NCBI GenBank assembly: GCA_977020255.1
Contig: CDROCS010000253.1
Location: forward strand, 1,860,001-1,924,000
DNA length: 64,000 bases
From: Obrimoposthia wandeli
Lineage: Eukaryota
Reading direction: 5' to 3'
The notes under the pieces are model-generated. The model searched no databases. It saw only the letters and a program-made list of their open reading frames with translations, and was not told the DNA's origin. Positions 8,420-17,385 of this stretch are shown piece by piece (the first letter of the stretch is position 1; each line of letters opens with the position of its first letter). Position numbers and translations under genes: made by a program.

Positions 8420-11119
8420 ATGTCAATTAAAACATTTAAAAAAGGCGTGTTAGCGAGTTCAATTGCTATGATCTTAGCTGGTGTATCATCACAAGCTATC
8501 GCAGCTGAAGAAGCAGCTTCTCAAATAAATAAAGAAGAAGTTGAAGTCATTCAGGTAACTGGTATTCGTGGTTCAATGAAAGAAAATATTAATGCCAAGC
8601 GATTCTCGAATAGCGTTGTAGATGTTATTACATCAGAAGATATTGGTAAATTTCCAGATAAAAACGTAGCTGAAAGTTTATCACGTGTTACAGGTGTTTC
8701 TGTAAGTCGTGAATTTGGTGAAGGCGAGAAAATTTCTATCCGTGGTGCTGGTCCAAAATATAACCGCACATTAATGAACGGTCAAACTGTTGCATCTGCT
8801 GATTGGTTCATATTAGATGAAGCTTCACGTAGCTTTAACTACACGTTATTACCCTCTGTAATTGTTAAAGGGTTAGAAGTTTATAAATCACCAACAGCTG
8901 ATTTAGATGAAGGTTCTATCGGTGGTACTGTAATCCTTAAGACACGTCGTCCGTTAGACATGGATGCAAATACTGTATCGGCTTCAGTAGAAGCTCAATA
9001 CTCTGATAAATCAGGTGAAACAGATCCTTTAGTTGATGCAATGTATTCGTGGAAAAACGAAAACGAAAGTTTTGGTATCTTAGTTTCTGGTGTTCAACAA
9101 AACAGATCAGTAGAACGTCAAGGTTTTGAAGTTTTAGGCTATACAGACTTTACCGCTGCCGATGGAAAGGATTACGTGCTTCCAACAGTTATGGGTGCTC
9201 CAATTTTTAAGCAAGATCGTGAACGCACTACATTCTTCTCTACGATCCAATATGCACCAACAGATTCATTATTATTTACTTTTAATGCAATGACTTCAGA
9301 AATGGATTCAAATAACCAAAATGCTAACTTATTAGCTTGGGTTAACAACCAACAAGCAGCGGTAGATAATCAAACATCTCTTTCAGCGGGTGGTGCAGTT
9401 TTAGCAACAAGTGATGCTGGTGGTCAAATTGGTTACGATTATATTAATCGAGTTTCTAGTACTAAAACTAATCAGTTTCATTTAGATGTTGATTACGAAG
9501 CCGATGCCTTTACACTCAACTTCGAAGTAGGAACAACTGCTGCTGAAGGTGGTACAACACGTGAAACATCTTGGGAATATGTAACTAAAGCTGCTGATAC
9601 TAATGGTTATAATTACGATTTGAATGGTGTTCCTAACTTAGATTTTATTAATACTACAGGTACTACAGCGAATGATTTTGAAGCTGGTTGGATTTGGGGT
9701 GGTTCTAAACCAACGACAGATGAAGAAAACTTTGCACAAATAGATTTCGATATCCCTGTAGAAATGGGCATGATTACCAGTATTAAAACGGGTGTTAAAT
9801 ACCGCGGTGCTAAACGTGAACAAGGCCGTATGGCATTTAGTTGGCATGGACCAAAAGAAATTACTGGTGGCGGACCTGATTCAGATAATTACTTGGACCA
9901 TATCTTTGATACTTGTCCAACATTAGCTGATTGTGGATTAACTGATTCTGGTAATGTAACGCTTGACTCTGCAGCAACAGGTGATGTAACTGAACAACTA
10001 GCTCACAACCGTGACTCATTCGAAGAAATTGCTTTTGGTGGTTTAAATGGTGTTGATGCTGGTTATGCAATCAGTGAAAATCTTCCTGAAATTTGGGCTG
10101 TAGAAGAAGATAATCTCGCTGTTTATGTTGATGCTAGTTTTGAAGGTGATAACTTCCGCGGTAACTTCGGTGTACGTTATGTTCAAACTGATCAAGCATC
10201 ATCGGGTTATGAATTCAGTACTAATAGCTGGGGATTCAACACTGTTAATGGTGATTGGTTGAAGCCTGATACCTTAGAGTGGGTTACTACCGATAATGAT
10301 TACTCAGAATTCTTACCTAGCTTTAACTTAACTTACGATATTTCTGATGAACAATTAGTACGCTTTGCCGCTGCCCGTGTTATGTCTCGTCAAAACTGGT
10401 CAGATATCTCTGCATCAGAATCATTTGGTTCATTAAATACAACGGATCCTCAAGGTAGTCGAGGTAATCCGCTTTTAGACCCAACAATAGCTAACCAATT
10501 TGATGTTTCATACGAGTGGTACTACTCAGATGCGTCAATGTTCTCAGCGGCATTATTCTTTAAAGACCTTGATTCTATAGCGACTAAAACAACAGTAACT
10601 GAAGAACGTTATAATGAAGAAACAGCTGAGATGGTTTCTGTAGATTTCAATATGAGTGTTAATGGTCCTGGTGGCACAATTTCTGGTATTGAATTAGGCC
10701 TTCAGCATGACTTTGGTGGTTTTGGTATACAAGCTAACTACACTTTCACCGATGCATCATCTGATGGCGAACGTGACTTAGCTGTAGCGGGTTCTGGCTT
10801 AATTGATGGCGTTTCAGACCATATGGCTAACTTAGTTGGTTATTATGAAAACGATAACTTTGGTGCTCGTTTAATGTATAACTACCGTAGCGATTGGTAC
10901 AAAGGTTTACATCATAGCGGTATGGAGCTTTACAACGAAAGCTTCGGTCAGTTAGACGCAAGTTTTTCTTACAACGCGACTGAAAATGTTACCGTTACTT
11001 TAGAAGCAGTCAACATATCTGATACTGAAATAAAAGAATATAACATTGAAAAATCTAGAATGGTGTCTATATATCAAAATGGACGTCGCTTTGTTGCCGG
11101 TGTTCGTATTAACTTTTAA
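8420..11119 (+). CDS. TonB-dependent outer-membrane receptor (probable GlcNAc/chito-oligosaccharide uptake)
   Basis: Signal peptide, TonB box (EVIQVTGIR), plug motif (DIGKFPDKNVAESLSRVTG), terminal Phe (GVRINF); NagR operators upstream. Confidence 0.9.
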   Translation: MSIKTFKKGVLASSIAMILAGVSSQAIAAEEAASQINKEEVEVIQVTGIRGSMKENINAKRFSNSVVDVITSEDIGKFPDKNVAESLSRVTGVSVSREFGEGEKISIRGAGPKYNRTLMNGQTVASADWFILDEASRSFNYTLLPSVIVKGLEVYKSPTADLDEGSIGGTVILKTRRPLDMDANTVSASVEAQYSDKSGETDPLVDAMYSWKNENESFGILVSGVQQNRSVERQGFEVLGYTDFTAADGKDYVLPTVMGAPIFKQDRERTTFFSTIQYAPTDSLLFTFNAMTSEMDSNNQNANLLAWVNNQQAAVDNQTSLSAGGAVLATSDAGGQIGYDYINRVSSTKTNQFHLDVDYEADAFTLNFEVGTTAAEGGTTRETSWEYVTKAADTNGYNYDLNGVPNLDFINTTGTTANDFEAGWIWGGSKPTTDEENFAQIDFDIPVEMGMITSIKTGVKYRGAKREQGRMAFSWHGPKEITGGGPDSDNYLDHIFDTCPTLADCGLTDSGNVTLDSAATGDVTEQLAHNRDSFEEIAFGGLNGVDAGYAISENLPEIWAVEEDNLAVYVDASFEGDNFRGNFGVRYVQTDQASSGYEFSTNSWGFNTVNGDWLKPDTLEWVTTDNDYSEFLPSFNLTYDISDEQLVRFAAARVMSRQNWSDISASESFGSLNTTDPQGSRGNPLLDPTIANQFDVSYEWYYSDASMFSAALFFKDLDSIATKTTVTEERYNEETAEMVSVDFNMSVNGPGGTISGIELGLQHDFGGFGIQANYTFTDASSDGERDLAVAGSGLIDGVSDHMANLVGYYENDNFGARLMYNYRSDWYKGLHHSGMELYNESFGQLDASFSYNATENVTVTLEAVNISDTEIKEYNIEKSRMVSIYQNGRRFVAGVRINF

Positions 11120-11138
11120 TGGTTAATTGATGAATTAT

Positions 11139-11166
11139 AAAGTCGGGCATTTGCTCGACTTTTTTC
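11139..11166 (+). terminator. Rho-independent terminator between the TBDR and sapC
   Basis: AAAGTCGGGCA-TT-TGCTCGACTTT followed by a T-run. Confidence 0.7.
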
Positions 11167-11189
11167 ATTTAAACTTAATAAGGTCAATT

Positions 11190-11897
11190 ATGACTACTAA
11201 AGTTTCACCGCTTAATTATGACAAACATAAATCTTTATTTTTGAACTTTGATAAATCATTTAGTCATATATCGACTCAGAACATCGTGCCATTAGCAGCC
11301 TTTGAGTATATAAAAGCATCATCAAATTTTCCTATTGTTTTTATTAAACAGCAGTCGACAGGAAAGTATAAAAGTGTTGCTTTATTAGGTCTTGAAGAAA
11401 ATGAAAATTTAATTTTTTCTAACGGTCACGTAAACTCTAATTACATTCCATGCCATGTAAAAAGGTACCCATTTTCAGTAGGTGAAATGGATAATGAAAC
11501 AAAAGATACTGTGTTATGTCTTGATGAGAATAGTGCACTTTTATCGACAGAAAAAGGTGAGTTAATCTTTAATAGTGATGGTCAGTTGTCTGACACAATG
11601 GTAAAAAAATCTGAATTTATCGTTGATTTAATTGCTAAAGATGAAGCTACAACAAACTTCATCGACTTTTTAGATGATAATGACTTAATACAGCCAGCCG
11701 AGTTAACACTAACTTTAGGTGATGATGGCAAAAAACAAATCACAGGTATTTATAAGGTAGATGAGGTGCAGTTGAACAAGTTATCTGAAGAGACGGTGTT
11801 AGCTTTATATAATAGAAAATATTTTGCAGCCATATACTCTCACCTGACATCACTAAGTCAGTTTACTCGTTTATTACACTTTAAGAAAATAGGCTAG
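11190..11897 (+). CDS. SapC-family protein
   Basis: FPIVF, ALLGLEENENL and YIPCHVKRYPF motifs; start moved to ATG 11190, past the terminator. Confidence 0.85.
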   Translation: MTTKVSPLNYDKHKSLFLNFDKSFSHISTQNIVPLAAFEYIKASSNFPIVFIKQQSTGKYKSVALLGLEENENLIFSNGHVNSNYIPCHVKRYPFSVGEMDNETKDTVLCLDENSALLSTEKGELIFNSDGQLSDTMVKKSEFIVDLIAKDEATTNFIDFLDDNDLIQPAELTLTLGDDGKKQITGIYKVDEVQLNKLSEETVLALYNRKYFAAIYSHLTSLSQFTRLLHFKKIG

Positions 11898-11910
11898 TTA
11901 AGTAGTTTTT

Positions 11911-12930
11911 ATGATGAATAACCTTGTGCGTAAAGCTAAAGTTGTCACTGATGTTGATAAATTCCTATTTGAAAATACAATAATTCCAGCGTATGAGCCA
12001 GTAATTTTCAAAGGCTTAGTAAATAACTGGAAAGTTGTAGAAGCGTCAAATCAGGGTGAAGAATTCCTATATAAATACCTTAATAACTTATATGCAGGGG
12101 GAGATGTCAGGTTTGCACGTTTACCAGCCTATTATAAGGGGATATTTTCTTATAATAAGAATATGACAGGATTAAATTTTAGTCGACACACAGGTAGTTT
12201 TTCATCATTCTTTGATGAAATGGTTAACAACAGTAAAGTAGATAATAGTGATGTTGTTGCTATACAAAGTGCTCCGGCACCAGATTATTTTCCATTATTT
12301 TCAAAAGAAAACCCCTTAAGTTTATTTGAACAAAATGTCTATCCAAGAATATGGATGGGTAATAATAGTATAGTCTCAGCACACTATGATGATGCGAACT
12401 GTATTGCATGTGTTGTTAGCGGTAAACGTACGTTTACCCTTTTTCCACCAGAACAGATTGAAAATTTGTATATCGGACCACTAGATTTTACACCTGCTGG
12501 AGCCCCGGTTAGCCTTGTTGATTTTTCAGATCCGGATCTAGATAAATATCCAAAATTTAGTCAAGCCATGGACCATGCTATTGTTGCCGAGTTAGAGGTG
12601 GGAGATGCTATTTATATCCCCCCTTTGTGGTGGCACCATGTACAAGCTAGTGGAGGTGTAAATATGTTAGTCAATTACTGGCAAGGAGGCACCATTGCTG
12701 GGGGAGATAAACCTTTTCCGGCGGACTGTATATTGATGGCGATGATGTCTATAAAGGATTTACCACAAACTGAAAAAAAGGCATGGAAGGCGTTTTTTGA
12801 TTATTACGTATTTTCTGAGCAAAAAGAAAAATATGATCATATACCAGCGCATGTGCAAGGTCTGTTGGCGAAGCTAAATAAAGAACAACGTTTATCTATT
12901 TCTAGCTGGCTTATATCTCAGTTGAAATGA
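11911..12930 (+). CDS. Cupin_8/JmjC-like Fe(II)-2OG oxygenase-fold protein (Pass1-related)
   Basis: RIWMGN, HYD (HxD), GKRTFTLFPP, AELEVGDAIYIPPLWWHHV (distal His), VNYW. Confidence 0.85.
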   Translation: MMNNLVRKAKVVTDVDKFLFENTIIPAYEPVIFKGLVNNWKVVEASNQGEEFLYKYLNNLYAGGDVRFARLPAYYKGIFSYNKNMTGLNFSRHTGSFSSFFDEMVNNSKVDNSDVVAIQSAPAPDYFPLFSKENPLSLFEQNVYPRIWMGNNSIVSAHYDDANCIACVVSGKRTFTLFPPEQIENLYIGPLDFTPAGAPVSLVDFSDPDLDKYPKFSQAMDHAIVAELEVGDAIYIPPLWWHHVQASGGVNMLVNYWQGGTIAGGDKPFPADCILMAMMSIKDLPQTEKKAWKAFFDYYVFSEQKEKYDHIPAHVQGLLAKLNKEQRLSISSWLISQLK

Positions 12931-12941
12931 GCTAGTACTAA

Positions 12942-13256
12942 TATACCCGTTCCACTTGAAGATGCATGATTCAGCTGGCATTAGAAACGCCTTTAGGCAA
13001 GGCATTGATTGAAGAGAATAGTTATTCAGGAGAATATGCTCCTGCATTCTCTAATAAGCTACATCCATGTAGCGTTATTGTCGAAATCAATAACGCAGCA
13101 TAAAGCGTTTATAAACCAGCCCTTTGGGGAAAACTGAGCAAAGCATACCCGTCGTTACATTTGTTTTTAATGGGGCAACCCTTAATAAAAAAATGTGCCT
13201 TGATTATGATTCGCTCAGGTTTCCTGAAACGAGAATTTTCAAGTGGAGCGGGTATA
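12942..13256. mobile_element. ERIC-like miniature inverted-repeat element (subfamily A, 315 bp, with a 48-bp nested insert)
   Basis: Termini TATACCCGTTCCACTTGAA and TTCAAGTGGAGCGGGTATA; an internal module shared with the 264-bp copies; no ORF. Confidence 0.75.
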
Positions 13257-13264
13257 TACTAGCG

Positions 13265-13316
13265 CCTGCATCTTAAAGTGGAGCGGGTATATACCCGTTA
13301 CCAATCAAAGTGCAGG
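13265..13316. mobile_element. Back-to-back fused termini of two repeat subfamilies
   Basis: CCTGCATCTTAAAGTGGAGCGGG-TATATA-CCCGTTACCAATCAAAGTGCAGG. Confidence 0.7.
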
Positions 13317-13508
13317 TGCTGATAGTCAAGTAGCGTTTGCCACACGGTACTTTTTACCAGATCATTATGACGGAGCTATTTGTCTTTTGAATATGAATAA
13401 AGAGGGGCTATTAAAAAATATAAAGCAATATTAACTCCTGTTCGACAATCTTTATAACAAAAATATTGTCGATCCTAATAACTATTATACTTTGTACTAT
13501 ATTTGCTT

Positions 13509-13522
13509 TGACAGCGCTGTTA
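13509..13522. promoter_or_regulatory. Putative NagR operator upstream of the GH20 gene
   Basis: TGACAGCGCTGTTA (1 mismatch). Confidence 0.75.
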
Positions 13523-13600
13523 AAAGTAAGGGTAGTTAAGATAACAATAACATCTAAAGTAGAGCAGTTTTGATATTTCAAGCTGCAAAGGTCCTTTAAC

Positions 13601-16255
13601 ATGCACATTAATAAGATGAATAAAAAAATGTTGGCGTTTACCATTGCCGCTAGTTTAGCTTTACTTGGTTGTGAAAAATCTCCGGAGCCAGCGGTTGATA
13701 CGGGAGAGAAAATTAATCTACAAGCAATCTATTCAGTAACGCAAAATGACATAGATAAAATAGCTAAGAGTTTAGCGGTTAACTATCGAGTAGTTACCAA
13801 TATTCCCAGTGATAAATGTGACAGTACAATTGCTGATGGTGCTTGTTTTGAAGTGGAGTTAACTTTTACTGCGAAAAAAGCTATAGCGGCTAAAGATTGG
13901 ACCATTCATTTTAGTCAAATAGCGCCCATTCAATCTTTTGAAAGTGATGATTTTACCGTAAAACACCTTAATGGTGATTTACATCAAATTAGCTTACAAG
14001 ATACTTTTTCTGGCTTCTCAGCAGGTGAGAGAAAAACCTTAAACTTCCGTGCTATGTTTTGGTCTTTGGCAGAATCTGATGTTATGCCTAACTATATTGT
14101 TAGTGCACCCTATTTAGAACCACGGGTAATCGAAAGTACCAAAGCTTTTATCGATAAAGATACTGGCTTAGAAGTTGTGCCTCACGTTGAAACTTTTACC
14201 GATAGTAATACCCAGTTTAAACGTAGTGCATCGGATAAAACTCAATGGTTAACCAGCGAAAAACTCTATCAACGTAATTCAGCGCTTGTTGACAATAAAC
14301 TCGCGGTCATCCAAGCCATTATCCCAACACCTAAATCTGTTCGTCTCGATGAAAATGATGGTTTTGCTGATATAAGCCAAGGCATTGCTATATCACTAGG
14401 TAATGTAAAGCACAATGATGTGGATGCAGCCATTTCGCGTTTAGGTACATTAGGCGTTAAACAGAATGCTGCAGGTTTACCACTGCATTTAAGTATTGTC
14501 AGTAATAGCGATAAAATTATTGGCAGTTATCGTTTAACGGTAACAAGCAAAAAAATCAGCATCATAGGTGTTGACGGTAATGGTGTCTTTAATGGCCTGC
14601 AATCATTAGCAAGCTTAGTAACTGTGGGTGAATCACGCATACCAATACTAGCGGTTGATGATGAACCACACTTTGTCTTTCGTGGCATGTTAGTTGATGT
14701 TGCTCGTAATTTTCACTCTAAAGAGTTTATTTTAAAGCTGCTTGATCAAATGGCGGCATACAAATTAAACAAATTGCATTTACACCTTGGCGATGACGAA
14801 GGCTGGCGCTTAGAAATTCCAAGCTTGCCTGAATTAACGGATATTGGCGCAAAGCGTTGTTTTGATGTAACAGAAGAAAACTGTTTGATCTCGCAGTTAG
14901 GTGCAGGTATAGATGAAAACTCATCAGTAAACGGCTATTACAGCGTAAGTGATTATCATGAAATTTTACAAGCGGCAACTGCGCGTCATATTCAAGTGAT
15001 CCCTTCACTTGATATGCCTGGTCACTCTCGTGCATCGATTAAAGCGATGACAGCCCGTTACAAAAAATACATGGCCTCAGAAGATGAAGCCAAAGCTACC
15101 CAGTTTTTACTCGAAGACTTTGAAGATAAAACTGAGTATTCGTCAGTGCAATTTTACCGTGATAACACCATTAATGCTTGTTTAGAGTCTTCTTATGATT
15201 TTGTTATCGAAGTGATGACTCAGGTTAAGAAAATTCATGCCGATGCAGGGCAACCGCTGACCCGCTATCATATTGGTGCAGATGAAACTGCAGGTGCTTG
15301 GTTAGCATCGCCTGCCTGTAAAGCCTTTATAGCTGATAACGACCAAGGTGTTACAAAAATGAGTGAGCTTGGCGCGTATTTTATTGAACGTGTTGCCGGT
15401 ATCTTATCTGAACTTGATATAGAAACGGCTGGTTGGAGTGATGGTATGGAGCATACTCGCGTTGATAAAATGCCTGCTATAGTTCAAGCCAATGCTTGGG
15501 ATGCCCTATTTTGGGGAGGTCACGAGAAGGTTCATCTGTTAGCAAACCGAGATTGGCAAGTCGTTATTTCTAGTCCAGATGTATTATATTTTGATTTTCC
15601 CCATGAAGCCGACCCAAAAGAGCATGGTTATTATTGGGCTTCACGTCATACCAATACTGAAAAAGTATTCCAGTTTATGCCGGATAACTTACCGGTTCAT
15701 GCCGAATTTTGGTTAGACAGACAAGATAATGCTTATGTAGCTGATGACACTAAAATGCCCTTAGCGCCGGGGAAAAAATTTCTAGGTATTCAGGGACAGT
15801 TATGGAGTGAAAATGTTCGTACTGATGATATGGTCGAGCATAAAGTATTCCCACGTTTATTAGCCCTAGCAGAGCGTGCGTGGCATCTACCTGATTGGGC
15901 AGTACCTTATAACTATCAAGGTGCTAAGTATTCGCAACAGAGCAATACTTTCACCGCTGAGTTAAAAGAAATACGTGATAATCAATGGGCTTTATTTGCA
16001 AATACCCTTGGGAAAAAAGAGTTTATTAAACTTGAGTTAGCACAAGTTGATTACCGTTTACCTACCGTAGGAGCCATTATCCAAGCGGGTAAGTTACATG
16101 CCAACATAGCCTTTCCAGGCTTAACCATAGAGTATCAAGTAAACGGTGGAAACTGGCTTACTTATCAAAAGCCTATTGCCGTATCGGGTGAAATAAGCAT
16201 TAGAAGTCGTAGTATTAATGGCTTAAGAACAAGTCGTATTACCCGAGTAAATTAA
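13601..16255 (+). CDS. chb: GH20 beta-N-acetylhexosaminidase/chitobiase, lipoprotein
   Basis: Lipobox LLGC, RGMLVDVARNF, HLGDDEGWR, catalytic HIGADE, FPRLLALAERAW; the start may be ATG 13616. Confidence 0.9.
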   Translation: MHINKMNKKMLAFTIAASLALLGCEKSPEPAVDTGEKINLQAIYSVTQNDIDKIAKSLAVNYRVVTNIPSDKCDSTIADGACFEVELTFTAKKAIAAKDWTIHFSQIAPIQSFESDDFTVKHLNGDLHQISLQDTFSGFSAGERKTLNFRAMFWSLAESDVMPNYIVSAPYLEPRVIESTKAFIDKDTGLEVVPHVETFTDSNTQFKRSASDKTQWLTSEKLYQRNSALVDNKLAVIQAIIPTPKSVRLDENDGFADISQGIAISLGNVKHNDVDAAISRLGTLGVKQNAAGLPLHLSIVSNSDKIIGSYRLTVTSKKISIIGVDGNGVFNGLQSLASLVTVGESRIPILAVDDEPHFVFRGMLVDVARNFHSKEFILKLLDQMAAYKLNKLHLHLGDDEGWRLEIPSLPELTDIGAKRCFDVTEENCLISQLGAGIDENSSVNGYYSVSDYHEILQAATARHIQVIPSLDMPGHSRASIKAMTARYKKYMASEDEAKATQFLLEDFEDKTEYSSVQFYRDNTINACLESSYDFVIEVMTQVKKIHADAGQPLTRYHIGADETAGAWLASPACKAFIADNDQGVTKMSELGAYFIERVAGILSELDIETAGWSDGMEHTRVDKMPAIVQANAWDALFWGGHEKVHLLANRDWQVVISSPDVLYFDFPHEADPKEHGYYWASRHTNTEKVFQFMPDNLPVHAEFWLDRQDNAYVADDTKMPLAPGKKFLGIQGQLWSENVRTDDMVEHKVFPRLLALAERAWHLPDWAVPYNYQGAKYSQQSNTFTAELKEIRDNQWALFANTLGKKEFIKLELAQVDYRLPTVGAIIQAGKLHANIAFPGLTIEYQVNGGNWLTYQKPIAVSGEISIRSRSINGLRTSRITRVN

Positions 16256-16358
16256 TAAGTAAAAATTAACTAACTAATATTTTTCAACATTATCAGCTAG
16301 TTAATTTACATTTGGTAACGTTTATTAAAAAAGCTGTTATTTTATCTAAGAAAATAAA

Positions 16359-16372
16359 TGACAACGCTGTCA
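16359..16372. promoter_or_regulatory. Putative NagR operator upstream of nagK
   Basis: AAA-TGACAACGCTGTCA-TTT. Confidence 0.8.
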
Positions 16373-16431
16373 TTTATGGATAAGATGAAAAAATAAAAAT
16401 TAATAGTATGAGTAGTTAACATGGGGTCGGT

Positions 16432-17334
16432 ATGCTGACGAGTAGTGACAAAAACAATGAATTATTTTTAGGTATTGATGGCGGTGGTAGTAAATGCAAA
16501 GCCATTATTATGAATAAAGATAATGAAATACTTGGTACAGGCATGTCAGGTCCAGGCAATCCGTTACATGGTTTTGAACAAGCAACTAATTCAATTACTG
16601 AGTCTGCAAAGTTAGCCCTTGAAGATGCTGGCCTAGTAAACATTGAATTAGGTGAAATTGTAGCTGGCGTAGGCTTAGCAGGTGTTAATATCCCTGTGTT
16701 GTTTGATAAGATGGCTTCTTGGCAACATCCATTTAAGCAGATGTATTTAGCCACCGATTTATTAATTGCTTGTCTAGCTGCTCATGATGGCAAAGATGGC
16801 GCTGTTATTATTAGTGGTACAGGTTCATGTGGTTTTTCTTGCGTTGATGAACAGCATACTATTGTTGGCGCTCACGGTTTCCCTCATGGTGATAAAGGTA
16901 GTGGTGCTTGGTTTGGCTTACAAGGTGTTAAGCAGGTTTTGTTATCCCTTGATGGTTTAGTTAAGCCTACATTGATGTCAAATGTACTGCTAAATAAGCT
17001 TAGCTGTAGCGGTGATACAGATTTGGTAGAAGCTGTTGCGAGTCAAAAAGCAACATTCTATGCACAGCAAGCAAACTTAGTGTTTGATGCTGCAGAACGT
17101 GGCGATAATGTTGCTTTGGCTATTGTTGCTGAAGGTGCTGAATATATGAATAGTATTGCCCGTACTTTAGCGGTACAAAATCCACCACGTATATCTATGC
17201 TTGGCGGCCTAACACCAAGGCTTCAATTTTGGCTAGCAGATGAAATCAAAGAAAAACTAGAAGCGCCATTAAATGCACCTGAAGTGGGTTCTGTACTTTT
17301 CGCTAGGCAGCAACAGGCTAAACAGTCTGTATAG
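16432..17334 (+). CDS. nagK: N-acetylglucosamine kinase (BadF/BcrA-type ASKHA fold)
   Basis: GIDGGGSK, GTGS and GDKGSGAWFG motifs; immediately upstream of nagA. Confidence 0.85.
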   Translation: MLTSSDKNNELFLGIDGGGSKCKAIIMNKDNEILGTGMSGPGNPLHGFEQATNSITESAKLALEDAGLVNIELGEIVAGVGLAGVNIPVLFDKMASWQHPFKQMYLATDLLIACLAAHDGKDGAVIISGTGSCGFSCVDEQHTIVGAHGFPHGDKGSGAWFGLQGVKQVLLSLDGLVKPTLMSNVLLNKLSCSGDTDLVEAVASQKATFYAQQANLVFDAAERGDNVALAIVAEGAEYMNSIARTLAVQNPPRISMLGGLTPRLQFWLADEIKEKLEAPLNAPEVGSVLFARQQQAKQSV

Positions 17335-17385
17335 CAAGCTAAGTAATATAGTTTACCCATTGAACTTGATAATCTAGGACAACTG

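Noticed and set aside
11127-11189. Extended SapC N-terminus
   Set aside because: Runs through the TBDR terminator; ATG 11190 is more plausible
13243-13644. Short ORFs 13243-13434 (+) and 13411-13644 (-)
   Set aside because: They cross repeat termini or the GH20 promoter and operator; no coding signals
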